A stretch of DNA of 63,282 nt, filler included, from Octopus bimaculoides (GCF_001194135.2; 5 parts of 5 records of this genome joined end to end with filler, not necessarily neighbours in it); one strand, 5' to 3'; positions 1 through 13,159 are shown, numbered from the whole stretch's first letter. Made by a program: numbers and translations. The notes: generated by a model from the letters alone, not told the origin.

Positions 1-551
1 TATATATATATATATATATATATTAGATACGTATGCGTATATATATATATACACACATATATGTACATATGTATATATATATGTACACATATCATATACA
101 TACATACATATATATACAGATTCATACATATATATATATGAGTGTGTTTGTGTTTTTGAGTGTGTGTCTGTATGCAGCGCATTCATAAATCTTACATGAA
201 GCAAGTAAATACAACTCACACTAAGGGAAGAAGTATATATTTCATAAAAGAACTCAATGAATAATTATAAGTAACTATTATCAATTACATGTCACGACAC
301 CAGTTTTTGGGGGATAAATAATGTGGAAAGATTACTTCCATACACCACCTTACAAAAGTATTGACCTATATAACTTCATACGTTTAAGTCCCATAACGTC
401 ATTTTTTTCCTCCGTACAATTCCGGTTTTTTTTTTCTCAAGTCAACGGAGAAACTGCGTTTGTTTTTCGCTCTGAGTACAAAGCATTCTGCCATGTGGGA
501 CCATACACGCGCATAGATATCTTACATATGGAACCCTCACATACACACACG

Positions 552-588
<37 letters not shown>

Positions 589-714
589 TTAAACACACAC
601 ATAAACACACAGGCACACACGCTCAGACGCTATGGGACAATGTCTAATGCAGTGTTATAACTGTTACATATATCAGTATAATGTAATTTGAAGACATAGG
701 AGTGAAAAAATAGA

Positions 715-880
715 AGGTGGGCACGGCTGTTTGGTTAAGAACCTCGCTTAGTAAACACGAGATATCGGGTTCAGTCCCCCTGTGAAGTATTTGGTCAAGT
801 ATATTTTAGTATAGCCCTGGACCGACCAATGTCTTGTGATTGGATTTTATAGACGGAAACTGAGTTGGAATCCCGTCGAA
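715..880 (+). mobile_element. tRNA-derived SINE family B, 5' half
   Basis: ggctgtttggttaag...gggttcagtcccc head (A/B-box-like) and ggattttatagacggaaactg central domain. Confidence 0.7.
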
Positions 881-1025
881 TATATATATACATACACACA
901 CAAACATATATATAAACATACATACACACATTATATATATATAAGAAAATAGAGATAAATCAATGAATAATTAATCCGTACACTTAACACATAAAAATAC
1001 AAAAATGTAATGGTATATATATTTT

Positions 1026-1108
1026 CTACTTCCGACGAGATTCATCTTTATAATGTTTTAATTATTTTAATTAATTTCTAAAGTTTGAATCGAAACAGCT
1101 GTCAGAGA
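1026..1108 (+). ncRNA. Degenerate hammerhead-like relic (CCGACGA core)
   Basis: CCGACGA 1032-1038, stem II gattc/gaatc around an AT-rich loop, GAAA 1092-1095, CAGCUG, GUC. Confidence 0.4.
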
Positions 1109-1511
1109 TTATGTCACTTTTTGTATGATTATCTCATTTTTGAGTATTAAATATAATATTCAATATTGATAATAAGCAATAAAACAGTATATTCATTGGA
1201 TTTAATTATCCCTTAATGAGATATTTAACTTTTAATCGAACTTATATATGTACGTNNNNNNNNNNNNNNNNNNNNNNNNNNNNNNNNNNNNNNNNNNNNN
1301 NNNNNNNNNNNNNNNNNNNNNNNNNNNNNNNNNNNNNNNNNNNNNNNNNNNNNNNNNNNNNNNNNNNNNNNNNNNNNNNNNNNNNNNNNNNNNNNNNNNN
1401 NNNNNNNNNNNNNNNNNNNNNNNNNNNNNNNNNNNNNNNNNNNNNNNNNNNNNNNNNNNNTATATATATGTATATATATATATATAAGTATATATATATG
1501 TATATATATTA

Positions 1512-2451
1512 TAGTGAGGTAGGACGGTTAATGGGGTTACCTTAGCCTTACGGCGTATCTTCATACCTCAAACCTTGCTGGCCTAACACCTCTTAAAAAT
1601 ATAGAGGTGGAAAAAGCCTTGTTATAAAGGTAAAACCCTAAGTGATTATCTCCCTTTGCCATTAGTCATCGATCTTCGGTTGTATCAGCACCAGCACCAA
1701 CACCAAAACCACCAACAATAGCAGCAGCCCCAACTCTAGCAGTGAAAACACCACCGGCAGCATCAGCGGCAAAGGTAGCTGCAACAGCAGCAACAAGAGC
1801 ACCAACAACAGCGGCATCTACAACAGCAACAGGCGCAACGACATCACGCGTCCACGGAAGTACAGGGAATTCATGGAGAATTCACTCGAACAGCGTATTT
1901 CCAATCATCTGTTCTACTTCAAAGTCCCGGAAAAGGGATATGTGACATCGCTGGTCAGCCATATCTGAAAGCTAAGAGACGAAGAGATTCCATGCTCGAT
2001 CACACCGAAAATACTCGAGAACCCGGGACCCTAGATCAACGGGACGAAACGGTGCAAGTTATGCATTACCGAACGCACGAGGATTCTTAAAGACTCGCTC
2101 GTGCGAGGGGGCATACTGAACTTCAGGACGGATATTTTCAGTTCATGCCTGCATTTTAGAAACTTCCTACTCGTTCTTTGGAATCTGCAGAGTAGAGCTA
2201 CAGCCGGAAACCAATAGCCGAGACCGAAGGGAAGCGATCGTTTGCCTTTATGATGCTTTGGTGACCGCAAGATGGCGGCGCGGCCGAAAATCGATGGCCA
2301 ATGGCAAAGGGAGTTAATCACTTAGTATTTTACATTTACAACGAGGCTTCCCCCCCTCTATCAGGGTTTGGGGTCTGAAGACACGGCGTGAGGACAAACC
2401 CCTTATGCGCGTGAAATCCAGGGTAACACCATAAACCGGCCTACCCCACTA
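1512..2451 (+). mobile_element. Penelope-like element 3' remnant (GIY-YIG C-terminus) flanked by about 170-bp inverted terminal repeats
   Basis: Frame 1850-2185 reads, through two stops, ...SLVSHI*KLRDEEIPCSITPKILENPGP*INGTKRCKLCITERTRILK...ILNFRTDIFSSCLHFRNF, resembling PLE GIY-YIG ends (CxLC...LNxRxEI.SxCxH). 1512-1680 is an imperfect inverted copy of 2282-2451 (first 30 bp 26/30 identical). Confidence 0.75.
2369..2431 (+). ncRNA. Minimal type-I hammerhead ribozyme motif, intact core
   Basis: Stem I tggggt/acacca (one mismatch), CUGAAGA 2375-2381, long stem II, GAAA 2413-2416, near-palindromic stem III A-UCCAGGG-U, GUA triplet with cleavage predicted after 2425. Confidence 0.7.
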
Positions 2452-2516
2452 TAATATTAACTATTCTTCTACACGTTAGAATGTGCTTCTCAACCGGACG
2501 TATGCATTTCTACAAA

Positions 2517-2563
<47 letters not shown>

Positions 2564-2844
2564 NNNNNNNNNNNNNNNNNNNNNNNNNNNNNNNNNNNNN
2601 NNNNNNNNNNNNNNNNNNNNNNNNNNNNNNNNNNNNNNNNNNNNNNNNNNNNNNNNNNNNNNNNNNNNNNNNNNNNNNNNNNNNNNNNNNNNNNNNNNNN
2701 NNNNNNNNNNNNNNNNNNNNNNNNNNNNNNNNNNNNNNNNNNNNNNNNNNNNNNNNNNNNNNNNNNNNNNNNNNNNNNNNNNNNNNNNNNNNNNNNNNNN
2801 NNNNNNNNNNNNNNNNNNNNNNNNNNNNNNNNNNNNNNNTTTAA

Positions 2845-2884
<40 letters not shown>

Positions 2885-4319
2885 GAAGAAACGCAAGAAC
2901 AGGTAATTTAATCTATAAACATAACTCCGATTTCAGATGAATTTAAAGTACATGATACATTAAAAATATATAAATATATAAAAATCTATAAAGAAATGTA
3001 TTAAAAATATATATGTAAGATCATAGATTTAAAAGAAAATCTTTAGATGTAGACATAAATATGTTAAAACACATGTATAGGTAAATATATTGAAGAAGTG
3101 AGGTAGTGATGAAAGCGATATAAAAGATACAAAGAAGAAAGAAATTAAAAGTGAGGGTAGTTTAGAACGGCCCTTTCTAGAGGTTAATTGCCAGCAAAAA
3201 TAAGGGGATATAGTACCCATTATTTAGCAAATCCTCCTTCTTCTGAGTAACAGATTTCACATTTGAAAGTTGACAATGCGAAATACTAGAAGTTAGGCTT
3301 CTTTATAGATAAGACGCTTGGGTGGCGGAAGAAAGAAAATTAATTATATATCAATGAAATAATCATGACAACGAATAAAAGACTGTTTTTAAATTTATCT
3401 ACGTTCAAATCAAATGAGAGTGACTAAAGTGTAAAAATGTGTAAATTTTATGTTTGCATGAGAAAACCACGCCTGACAATTTTTTTTTATGTAGCGATAG
3501 ATTGTGCGTTCGAAGAATGATGAGCGTTACCTAAGTTAATTTTATATAAGGGTGCTTCCGATCAATGGATCGTTTTAGTGTATACTTTCTGTTTTCATAT
3601 ATATATACATATATATATATATGCATATATATATATATNNNNNNNNNNGAGTTCCAGATTATCTTTGCAATTTCGGCTGGTTATACTTGAGATTGCTCGA
3701 ATTTGGCCAGGAAAAACTAAGCTACAGCATTAGATTCATTGGAAGAAAGCAGCGAATGTATACGAAAACAAGGACGGAAAAAAAAACGGAGAATGTTACA
3801 CAAATAAAAATAACAGGACATAACAACAGGTGTCTTTCGACTAAGGACGAATTAAATTAAGCTGGCGCGTGTAGGAAGAACAGCTCCGAATGACCCGTCC
3901 TTGTTTTCTTTATATCGTCTATCTGGATGCTTTTTTGTCCTTTTTTTTATATCACCTAGCTGCATATATGAATATATGGGTACAGGACAGCATTGAGCTG
4001 TACCGGTATACTGTAGGAAAAAAAGGCAATGATAATAACAACAATCCTCAGATGGAATTTATAAAGAGTTAATGCATAACTACGCGTGTTTCCACAAATC
4101 ATATGTCTCATAAGATCACAGTCCATATTCCTGAGATGGCTGTGTACATCGTATTGACAAGAGTAAAAAAAATTCGAAACATCGATGTCTGAGATTCCTA
4201 ACAGACGGCGATACTGAACGTATTGGGTGTTTTCACACCTTATTACAAGTGTGTCTGTTTGAATCTCTGTGCTCCACAACCTGTTGACGGTCTTCTTTGT
4301 TTTCATCTCAGTAAATTGG

Positions 4320-4465
4320 CGGTTCGGCAAAAGAGACCGACAGTTTAAGTAACGGGTAGGCTTAGAACTAAAAGTACAAGGGTCGCTTCATTGAACTAAA
4401 AATTCTTGAAGGCGGTGCTCCAGCATGGTCCCAGACAAATGGCTGAAACGAATAAAAGATAAAAG
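4320..4465 (+). mobile_element. SINE family B, 3' end
   Basis: gcggttcggcaaaagagaccga...aggcggtgctccagcatgg...ctgaaac..taaaaga. Confidence 0.75.
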
Positions 4466-4942
4466 TTGAAAATTAAATTATTAAAATAGCCATCAAGTTT
4501 AAATATGATACTCAGACATACAATGCATATCTAGTTTACGTATTGGCAACATTAAATAGTAAAGTGCGATTCCATTCTAGGTAAAAAAATAGCATCTGTT
4601 TAAAAATCGCTCAAAATTAAAAAAAAAAAGCATAACAGGCTCTAATTTATCAAAGATTAAGCATTTTATCCTGTCTATATAAGTTAAGTTATTATGGAAA
4701 AAAAACAAACAAAGAACAGGTAAGAAGACGCATACGCGTATACACATAGCCGCGCACGCACGCACAGAAACGTAGACACATATGTGAATAGGTACAGGCA
4801 CATAAATATATACGCAGATAGGCAGGTAAGTGGGTTGGTTGGTAGGCATGCAGGTAGGCAGGCAAACAGAACTTTAAATTTGATCAAATGAAATTTCAAA
4901 GATTGTAAGTACTAAGTACCAATTCTAAGTACCAATACTTAT

Positions 4943-5028
<86 letters not shown>

Positions 5029-5388
5029 GGTATATTTGATTACTTATAAGTTATTCTAAGATTGATGTGAGGAATAATAATACCGAGTCATCATTTATGT
5101 GAAGTATTTCAAAAACATTCTAATCATCTTCATATACACAGATACACGCATATAAATATGACAATATATACACACACACGCGCGCGCACACGCACACACT
5201 TATAAGTGGGTGAGTATGTGCAGGCGATGGCGTGAGATCGATGGGGGGTGGAATAGAGAGCTGAAACGTAGATTACAAGCACCAGTTTTAGAGTTCCGAT
5301 TATCTTTTAAGTTTGAATCACGTGAAGATCAGTAACGTCAAATCAGTACATCTAATTTGTGAAGTTTTATCTGCTTGAAATATAGATT

Positions 5389-5391
<3 letters not shown>

Positions 5392-5452
<61 letters not shown>

Positions 5453-5630
5453 TTATCTATCTATCTATGTATTTATGCATGTATGTATGTATGTATGTAT
5501 GTATGTCTCTATGTATGTATGTATGTATGTATGTATGTATCTATCTATCTATCTATCCGACTCTCTCTCAATCTCTCTCTTTTTCTCTATCAGTCAATCA
5601 ATCAATCTATCTATCTATCTATCTATCTAT
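5392..5630. repeat. Compound (TCTA)n/(TATG)n microsatellite
   Basis: Direct inspection; one of very many microsatellites in the window. Confidence 0.95.
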
Positions 5631-5942
5631 GAATAAGTATGCCTACTTGTCCCTCCGCCTCTCTGTCGGTTTATTTAACTAACAACTTACTAATACAAGT
5701 GTTTGTCCGTGCGTTTTTTTTTCTGTGTGTGTATACGCACACACACACTGGAAAACACTTGGTTGTTCACTTTATTGTTACTCAGACTTTCGTTCATGTC
5801 TCACACATTCATTGGTAAAACTTAGAACATATGCCATTCTTTTCTTTTTGAAAGGCAGCTGCCAATATTTACCATTGAAATTACACACACACACACATTT
5901 AAATAAAACATAAGTACTTGTTGACGAGTGCTGTCTATATGT

Positions 5943-6110
5943 ATTTCTTTATTGCCCACAGGGGTCTAAACATAAAGAATACAAACATGGACAGACAAAG
6001 GGATTAAGTCGGTTACATCGACCCCAGTGCGTAACTGGTACTTAATTTATCGATTCCGAAAGCAAAGCCGACCTCGGCGGAATTTGAACTCAGAACGTAA
6101 AGACAAACCA
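5943..6110 (-). mobile_element. tRNA-derived SINE family A, variant tail
   Basis: Core GAGTTCAAATTCCGCCGAGGTCG (B-box-like) and tail ...cccctgtgggcaataaagaaat on the minus strand. Confidence 0.8.
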
Positions 6111-6289
6111 AGTGCTGTCTATATTATAATATGAATATTTGGACACGCACACAAAACTACACATGTCAGTGTCTTTATATATGTGGTTTTATTTGCTTAT
6201 ACATACATACATACATACAAACATTGCTCATACATACATACATACATACATATATACATACATATTCATTCCCGCCTCTTCTGTTTTTC

Positions 6290-6620
6290 TTATACCTCGT
6301 GTGTCGTGTCTGATTTTATCTTTTACCTGCTCTTCACCTTTATTTCTTACCTGTGGATTTTACCAGATTCACTATAACAATTACTCTTTCTTTGTTGATT
6401 TTACCAGTTTCCTCCGATCCTCTGAGCACTGTACCAAATTTCTGAGCCTTTTACCAATACTGTGTAGATTTTTACTAAAGTCATTGAATTTTCTTCTCTT
6501 CACAGAATCCATACATTTTCTCTCGCTTTTTCATATTTTATTCCAAAACTGCCATCATTGTTGCAAACATTTCGTTTCATATTCATACGTTCTTCATTCA
6601 TAGAATTTCACACATATCAG
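6290..6620 (-). mobile_element. Decayed LINE ORF2 fragment
   Basis: KIYTVLVKGSEIW resembles the post-RT LYxxLVRPxLxYGSExW motif; purine-rich strand. Confidence 0.3.
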
Positions 6621-7396
6621 TAACATCCTTCTTTGTTACTCTTTGTCGTCCCAAGTATCTCAGAAACATATTTATTTTCTCACATTCGCGTTCACTTTCA
6701 CCTCCTAACACATTCACTTTCACATCCGCCTACCTATAAATCGCACACACATATACACGCACACACAAGAGCAACAACGCCCCACCTACACTCCCATTAA
6801 CTAATATCACTATAATTCCACACCTACGCACATCAATACACATATATATCTCGCACTAACATACACTCACCGCCAAACCGTAATAAACACTTCAAGACAC
6901 AGATCAGCTCCAAGCTCTCCTCCACATCTCCACAAGTCCCTCTCAATCTCTTCATTTTCCATCTAAAACTTTCATTTGTTCTTACCAATATTTATCTGTG
7001 TCTCTCCATTTATCCATCTTTCAAATTTTCCTCTGGTGAATGACCAAAGTCCGCAACGCTAGAATACTTTTCCGTTATGTATTAATTGTTAAGTATTCCA
7101 TTATTTGTCAGTCTAGAATTGCCTTCCGCCAAAAACACATTTTTTCCGAAATCTTTGATTACTTTATTTCTTCTATTTCAAAAGGTAGAATCTTTCCGGA
7201 ATACCATTATTAAAGAACGTGTGTAAGGTAATACCATATCTTTTTCTTTGTCTATTATAGAATTAAGCTTGTCTAATTCTACACCTGCATTTCCGATAGT
7301 ATTTTTTCCAGACAATATTACTATTTACACACTTGCAATGCTTCAAGCAAATGATAATATTCTTAACGCACACACACATACACATACACACACACA

Positions 7397-7434
<38 letters not shown>

Positions 7435-7482
7435 CACACACATATATATGAACACCACGCGTACACGCACACATACACACAC

Positions 7483-7528
<46 letters not shown>

Positions 7529-7594
7529 AACTAATACATCATTTTCCATTGCTAATGTCTTCTAATTTTGTCGTACTGCCTAAAGTGCTTTAAC

Positions 7595-7698
<104 letters not shown>

Positions 7699-8451
7699 TG
7701 GGGTACGTATTTAAGGTAGAAGTAAAGAATGACCAGGAAAAACAATTGGTATCAGATTAGCGCATGGAATATATTGTATTTAGATGTAATTGCGGAGTCT
7801 TTATAATAGAGTGCAACAAGTAAGAAGGTGTGGAGACAGTCTTTTACAGCTGTTTCCATAATAGTTGTACATATGGTGCATTTCTCAGCGAACAAAGATA
7901 AGTTTTCCGTTTAATAGTACACTATTCTCTCTTCACGGAGAAAAATCCTCTACTAAGAATTTTCCTCAATTCTTTATCTTAGTACATTTCTGTTGAAAGG
8001 TAATCATAACCAAATGGTGATGTTAAGACGTGGAGAAGGATAAAGTCTTCCAAGTAAAATTCTGGCAAGCTTTTTACGCAGTTTACGTCCAGCACACTTT
8101 CCACACTCAAGGTTTTGATCGCCTCAAGACCATTGCAGAAAGAAGTTACCAAATCGCGAGTAACAAGATTGAATCTGAAAGAACGTTGTCGTGAAGTGAT
8201 GTCCTTAACCACACAGCGATGGCTGTGCTCCTATCTGTATTATGGTAGCCAGACTTATTGTAATATCTCCGTGTGACTGCTTACTGGTTGCATATGTTTT
8301 TTTGCATATTCCTTTTGCAAATTATGAATATTACGATCATTATGTAATTCCAAGCTTCCAGCAAAAGCTGTTGTGTCAAGAAATTATGTAGTCTCAGCAT
8401 TCTGTATTTTTATGCTCTATGTAAATATATCTCTTTATATATGATTATATG

Positions 8452-8512
<61 letters not shown>

Positions 8513-8560
8513 ATCTATACATACATACATGCAAATATATACATACATATATATACATAC

Positions 8561-8597
<37 letters not shown>

Positions 8598-9014
8598 NNN
8601 NNNNNNNNNNNNNNNNNNNNNNNNNNNNNNNNNNNNNNNNNNNNNNNNNNNNNNNNNNNNNNNNNNNNNNNNNNNNNNNNNNNNNNNNNNNNNNNNNNNN
8701 NNNNNNNNNNNNNNNNNNNNNNNNNNNNNNNNNNNNATATATATACAGAGAGAGACAGAGACAGGGAGTTAATGGTGAGGGATTATCAATCCGTGCAAAA
8801 GTTCTCTGTTGGAATACCAGACGAACAATATTGTCTAGATTAGTAAAGAACTCCAAGTATTCCTCTGGCATGGTCCATGGTTATGGTTTGCTACCATTCT
8901 ATATTGTAAATCCCTGGTCGGGCTCTAGTCGAACTGTTTTTTACACAGAGTGATAAATAAGATGCAAGTCAAAAATAATGGTCAGTACATATTTACCTTT
9001 TATTGGACGAAAAT

Positions 9015-9139
9015 TGATTTACAGCTGTTTCCAGTAGTCATTATAGGTGCATTACTAGTAGGTTTACTCCATTGGTCTATTTATCAACTGAGGTAAACTG
9101 AAGGATCTAAGAAAATTAATGCTCCTCTCATCAGAGCCA
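9015..9139 (-). ncRNA. Hammerhead ribozyme motif, intact core, weakened stem I
   Basis: tggct-CUGAUGA (9134-9128), about 95-nt stem II region, GAAA (9031-9028), palindromic CAGCUG, GUA, then aatca. Confidence 0.5.
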
Positions 9140-9159
9140 TTTCTGGTTATAATTAGAAC

Positions 9160-9284
9160 TGGCTTTGATGAAAGTAGCATTAATTTTCTTAGTTTGTTCA
9201 ATTTTTCTCAAGTAACCAATAGACCAGTTGAGTAAACCTATCAGTAATGTACCTATAATGATTACTGGAAACAGCTGTAAGCCA
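9160..9284 (+). ncRNA. Hammerhead ribozyme motif with C3-to-U core change, perfect stem I
   Basis: tggct-UUGAUGA (9165-9171)...GAAA (9268-9271)-CAGCUG-UA-agcca; inverted copy of 9015-9139. Confidence 0.5.
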
Positions 9285-9526
9285 AATTTGGTCCAATAAA
9301 GGTAAAATATGTACTGACCATTATTTTCAACTTGCTTCGTATATATATTGTTGTGACGAAGCCCTCAAGGGAAGAAGTAGGCTCGACCAAGACATATAAA
9401 TAGAGGTAGTTTGATCGTGGTAGCAGAGTTGACTGACGGTAGATTGACTGTTCAGTAGCAGTTGAGTAGCAGACGTGTAGAGGTTGAGCAGAGAAGGTGC
9501 TAGATAGCAGTAGCTTGAGACATAAC

Positions 9527-9594
<68 letters not shown>

Positions 9595-9640
9595 GTTATG
9601 TCTCAAGCTATATATATATATATATATATCTATATATATA

Positions 9641-9703
<63 letters not shown>

Positions 9704-9902
9704 CAATGAGAGAGAGAAGGAGAGAGTAGATACGTATGTATGTATATATTTGTCAATCGTGTTTATCTGAATCACCATCTCACGCCAGCTCGTTCTGGAT
9801 TTCTCCTAGAGCAACTCAACGCTGTGGACCTAGTTTAAATTCATGTGAGCAATACTGTATTTACTATACTGAGCATATCTAGCTCTCACCTACTGTCTGT
9901 AT

Positions 9903-9951
<49 letters not shown>

Positions 9952-10454
9952 GCGCGCGCGCATACACATATATCAAGCTCGTAAAATTGCCTTTTAACCG
10001 TCAGTTTTAAAAATATTACTTCATTCAGAATACATTTTAAGACTTAGAAAAATAACCAGGGGCATCGACATATTTATGCATCTCAAACGATTATGTTTAT
10101 CTCACTAGAATAGGTTTCTGGACCCTGTGGAACTTATGAATTGTTTAAAGACGTTTCAAGCTGCAGGCTTGGTTACTGAATACCCTTATTTTAAAAAAAT
10201 TATAAAATTTTTTGCAAAGTAGTTGTCAGTGAGAACGGGGCCTGAAGTGTAAATTGTGAGAGGTCGAGATTCGTAGTCAACTTGAATTTTATTTCTGCTG
10301 TATTTGCGTAAATTGTGGTTGGGTGTTGTCATAAAGATTTTGACCTCTTTTTACTGAACAATGGTGGAGAGAAATGTCGTACTCGTGGAATTTTGACAAT
10401 TTCCAGGCAATACATTTCTGCTACGATAATTTCACCAGAATTCAAATAATAATC

Positions 10455-10650
10455 CTTTCTACTATAGGCACAAGGCCCAAAATTATTTGGCGGGAAGGGC
10501 TGTCGATTGGATCCACCGCAGTACGGAGCAGGTACTTAATTTATCGACCCCGAAAGGATGAAAAGCAAAGTCGACCTCGGCGGAATTTGAACTCAGAACG
10601 TAAAGATGGACGAAATACCGCTAAGCATTTTGCCCGGTGTGCTACAGAAT
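10455..10650 (-). mobile_element. SINE family A
   Basis: gaccccgaaaggatgaaaagcaaagtcgacctcggcggaatttgaactcagaacg shared with other copies. Confidence 0.85.
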
Positions 10651-11617
10651 TCTAGTAATAATAGTGGATGATTGCCCACGCCAATCACCAAACATTAACC
10701 ATATATACTTCATCTGATGCAACTTCACTTTGGGATAATATATTGCTGCTTCACTTAGTTCTCTTCCGTCAGTGAATGCCGTCCGCTATCGTGAAGATCC
10801 CATCTTCCTTCACGCCACAATTCAATGAAATAATACATTCTTTTTTTTTTCTTTTGGCGTAAAAGAAGCGCTGAGTATTCTTGATCATGCAATATTTCTT
10901 CAGTTGATGCAAACTATTCAATGATTAGCGTTTAATTTTTCTATTAAGACTTAGTCTTTTTTGTGGCCTGTCTCTGTTTAAATATCGGTCTTCATTCACT
11001 CGTTGTTAATAGGAAAATCTATCAACTTCACATACGTTGACGCTCCCTCGTTCAAACTCGTTCAAAAGATTCGTTGAAACAGCGAGCAATTTCCGCTGCG
11101 CTTGGTTCTGTTTCGAGTTTGGAACTAATAAATCAAAATCGCTCGAATTTGCTTCTTTTTGTTATTCTCGCTTTAATTTGATATCTTAAAACATAGCAGA
11201 CTAAACAAGAAACGATTACATTATCCGTCATACAAAATTCAAAATGATGATATACCAGTTCATAAAATAAATTACTTGTAGTAAAATGAATATGAGTCAA
11301 GAGTTGTATTGCTCGTATTCTCCTCCTCGCTGTCTCGCCTTGAACGTTGTGATTGGTCTCTGGAGTGGTGAAGATGGAGCCTCTCTCTGTTCGTGACTGC
11401 ATAGTATGTGAATACATAGAGCCGTTAATGAAAATAAGAGGTCATCATAGAAATACATCCCTTGGAAAACACAAAAATAATCAAATATGTATTAGGAAAA
11501 GCATTTTTAAGAACTGAAAGGCAATATAAAAAAGAATTATTGTGTATCGGAATATCAATAATTGATATTATATAAGAGAGGTATAGAGAAGATTGATCAT
11601 ATACATACATATACATA

Positions 11618-12018
11618 TTACTCTTTTACTCTTTTATTTGTTTCAGTCATTTGACTGCGGCCATGCTGGAGCACCGCCTTAAGTCGAGCAAATCGACCCC
11701 AAGGCTTATTCTATGTAAGCCTAGAAACTATTCTATCAGTTGATTTTTGGCCGAACCGCTAAGTTACAGGGATGCAAACACACAAACATCGGTTGTCAAG
11801 TGATGTTGAGGGGGGGGGACAGACACAGACACACAAATATATACATATATATATATATGACGGGCTTCTTTCAGTTTCCGTCTACCAAATCCATTCACAA
11901 GTCTTTCGTCGGCCCGAGTCTATAGTACAAGACACTCACCCAAGGTGCTACGCAATGGAACTGAACTCGAAACCATGTGGTTGGTAAGCAAGCTACTTAT
12001 CACAAAGCCACTCCTGGT
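11618..12018 (-). mobile_element. SINE family B, full length
   Basis: Co-linear with 13160-13562 and the reverse of 40037-40420. Confidence 0.85.
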
Positions 12019-12544
12019 ACGTATGTATGTGTGTATGTATGTATGTATATATATATTTGCATATATATATATATATATATATATATGGATAGATAGATAG
12101 ATAGATAGATACGTATGTATTTATATATACGTAGACAGACACATGTATACATATGTGTGTGCCCGTGTGTGTATACAGGTATATGTGAATGAATATATAG
12201 CTAATTTATATATAATTATATTTCGAAACTGGAGCTGGGAATTCATCTCCCGACTCGCAAGCTTCATTTGCAATAATAAAACTCTCTCCTCTATGTGTAT
12301 TGAGCACTCCTTTCTCATTCGTTCAACATAAAGCAACGCACATGTCTGTGTACACACACATATATTTCTGGTAAATGCGTGACTGGCAAGTCAAGTCACA
12401 CGTTTTATTTTCATTAATGCCAGAATCATATAGTGAATAGCAACTAAGAAATTTTCAATTATGCAAGAACTGATAAAAGGAAACGAACAAGCTTCGTAGC
12501 AATACTGAATATATGGTTATCTTCTTTTCTTTTTCGGCCCTTTT

Positions 12545-12840
12545 AACACCTAGCCACGCTCATGGGCCCGGTTTCCCGGTTTTTATGGCGTATGTGTCCC
12601 CCCTCCTAGATGGACGTGATTCCAGTCCATCGCAGCGTTACTTAAAAAAACAGGAAGAAAGAGTGAGAGAAAGCTGAGGCGAAAGAGTACAACAGGGGTC
12701 ATCACCACTCCCTACCGGAGCCTCGTGGAGCTTTAGGTGTTTTTGCTCAATAAATACACACAACGCCTGGTCTGGGAATCGAAACCGCGATCCTCTGACC
12801 GCGAGTCCGCTGCTCTAACCACTGGGCCATTGCGCCTCCG
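12545..12840 (-). mobile_element. tRNA-headed SINE family C
   Basis: Reverse tRNA-like head ggaggcgcaatggcccagtggttagagc...ggtttcgattccc; tail related to 22340-22645. Confidence 0.75.
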
Positions 12841-13159
12841 TATGGTTATCTATTCTCTTGATAAGGAATTTCAATGAAAAAATTAGGAATTATAAATATT
12901 TTACGTACAATATCTCATGTGTATATTTGTATATTATAAATCAAAGCTGGTATATATTTCGAATTCGATAATTCACGAATAAAAGAGTGTTTAAAATATT
13001 CATTGGAACGGATAAAAATATTATCCATTATATCATCCATTATTAATATCTGGAAAGATTTTTGTGATATATACATGCGTACATACATTTACATATTTAG
13101 ATATACAAATGTATATGCATGGATATACGTATATGAATATATTTAGGTACATATACTCT

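Larger units (their letters stand above)
8961..9338. repeat. About 380-bp fold-back with arms of about 178 bp and a 20-nt spacer
   Basis: 8961-9139 is an imperfect reverse complement of 9160-9338, e.g. aaaataatggtcagtacatattt and ttacagctgtttccagta.tcattatagg. Confidence 0.85.

Noticed and set aside
1512-1545. TAGTG...CACTA ends suggesting CACTA, Academ or Tc1-type DNA transposon
   Set aside because: Orientation is opposite to CACTA elements, and the interior GIY-YIG remnant plus hammerhead fit a PLE with an inverted terminus better.
4815-4832. CAG|GTAAGT donor-like site
   Set aside because: Sits in an (AGGC)/(GGTT) microsatellite with no upstream acceptor.
7030-7065. CTGGTGA-atgac-caaa-gtcc-GCAA hammerhead-like relic
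   Set aside because: Two core mismatches; kept only as weak support in the window-wide pattern, not as a feature.
12780-12840. tRNA-like segments (also 22340, 39680, 43850, 60960)
   Set aside because: SINE heads with A/B-box-like motifs continuing into shared SINE bodies; no complete cloverleaf, so not tRNA genes.
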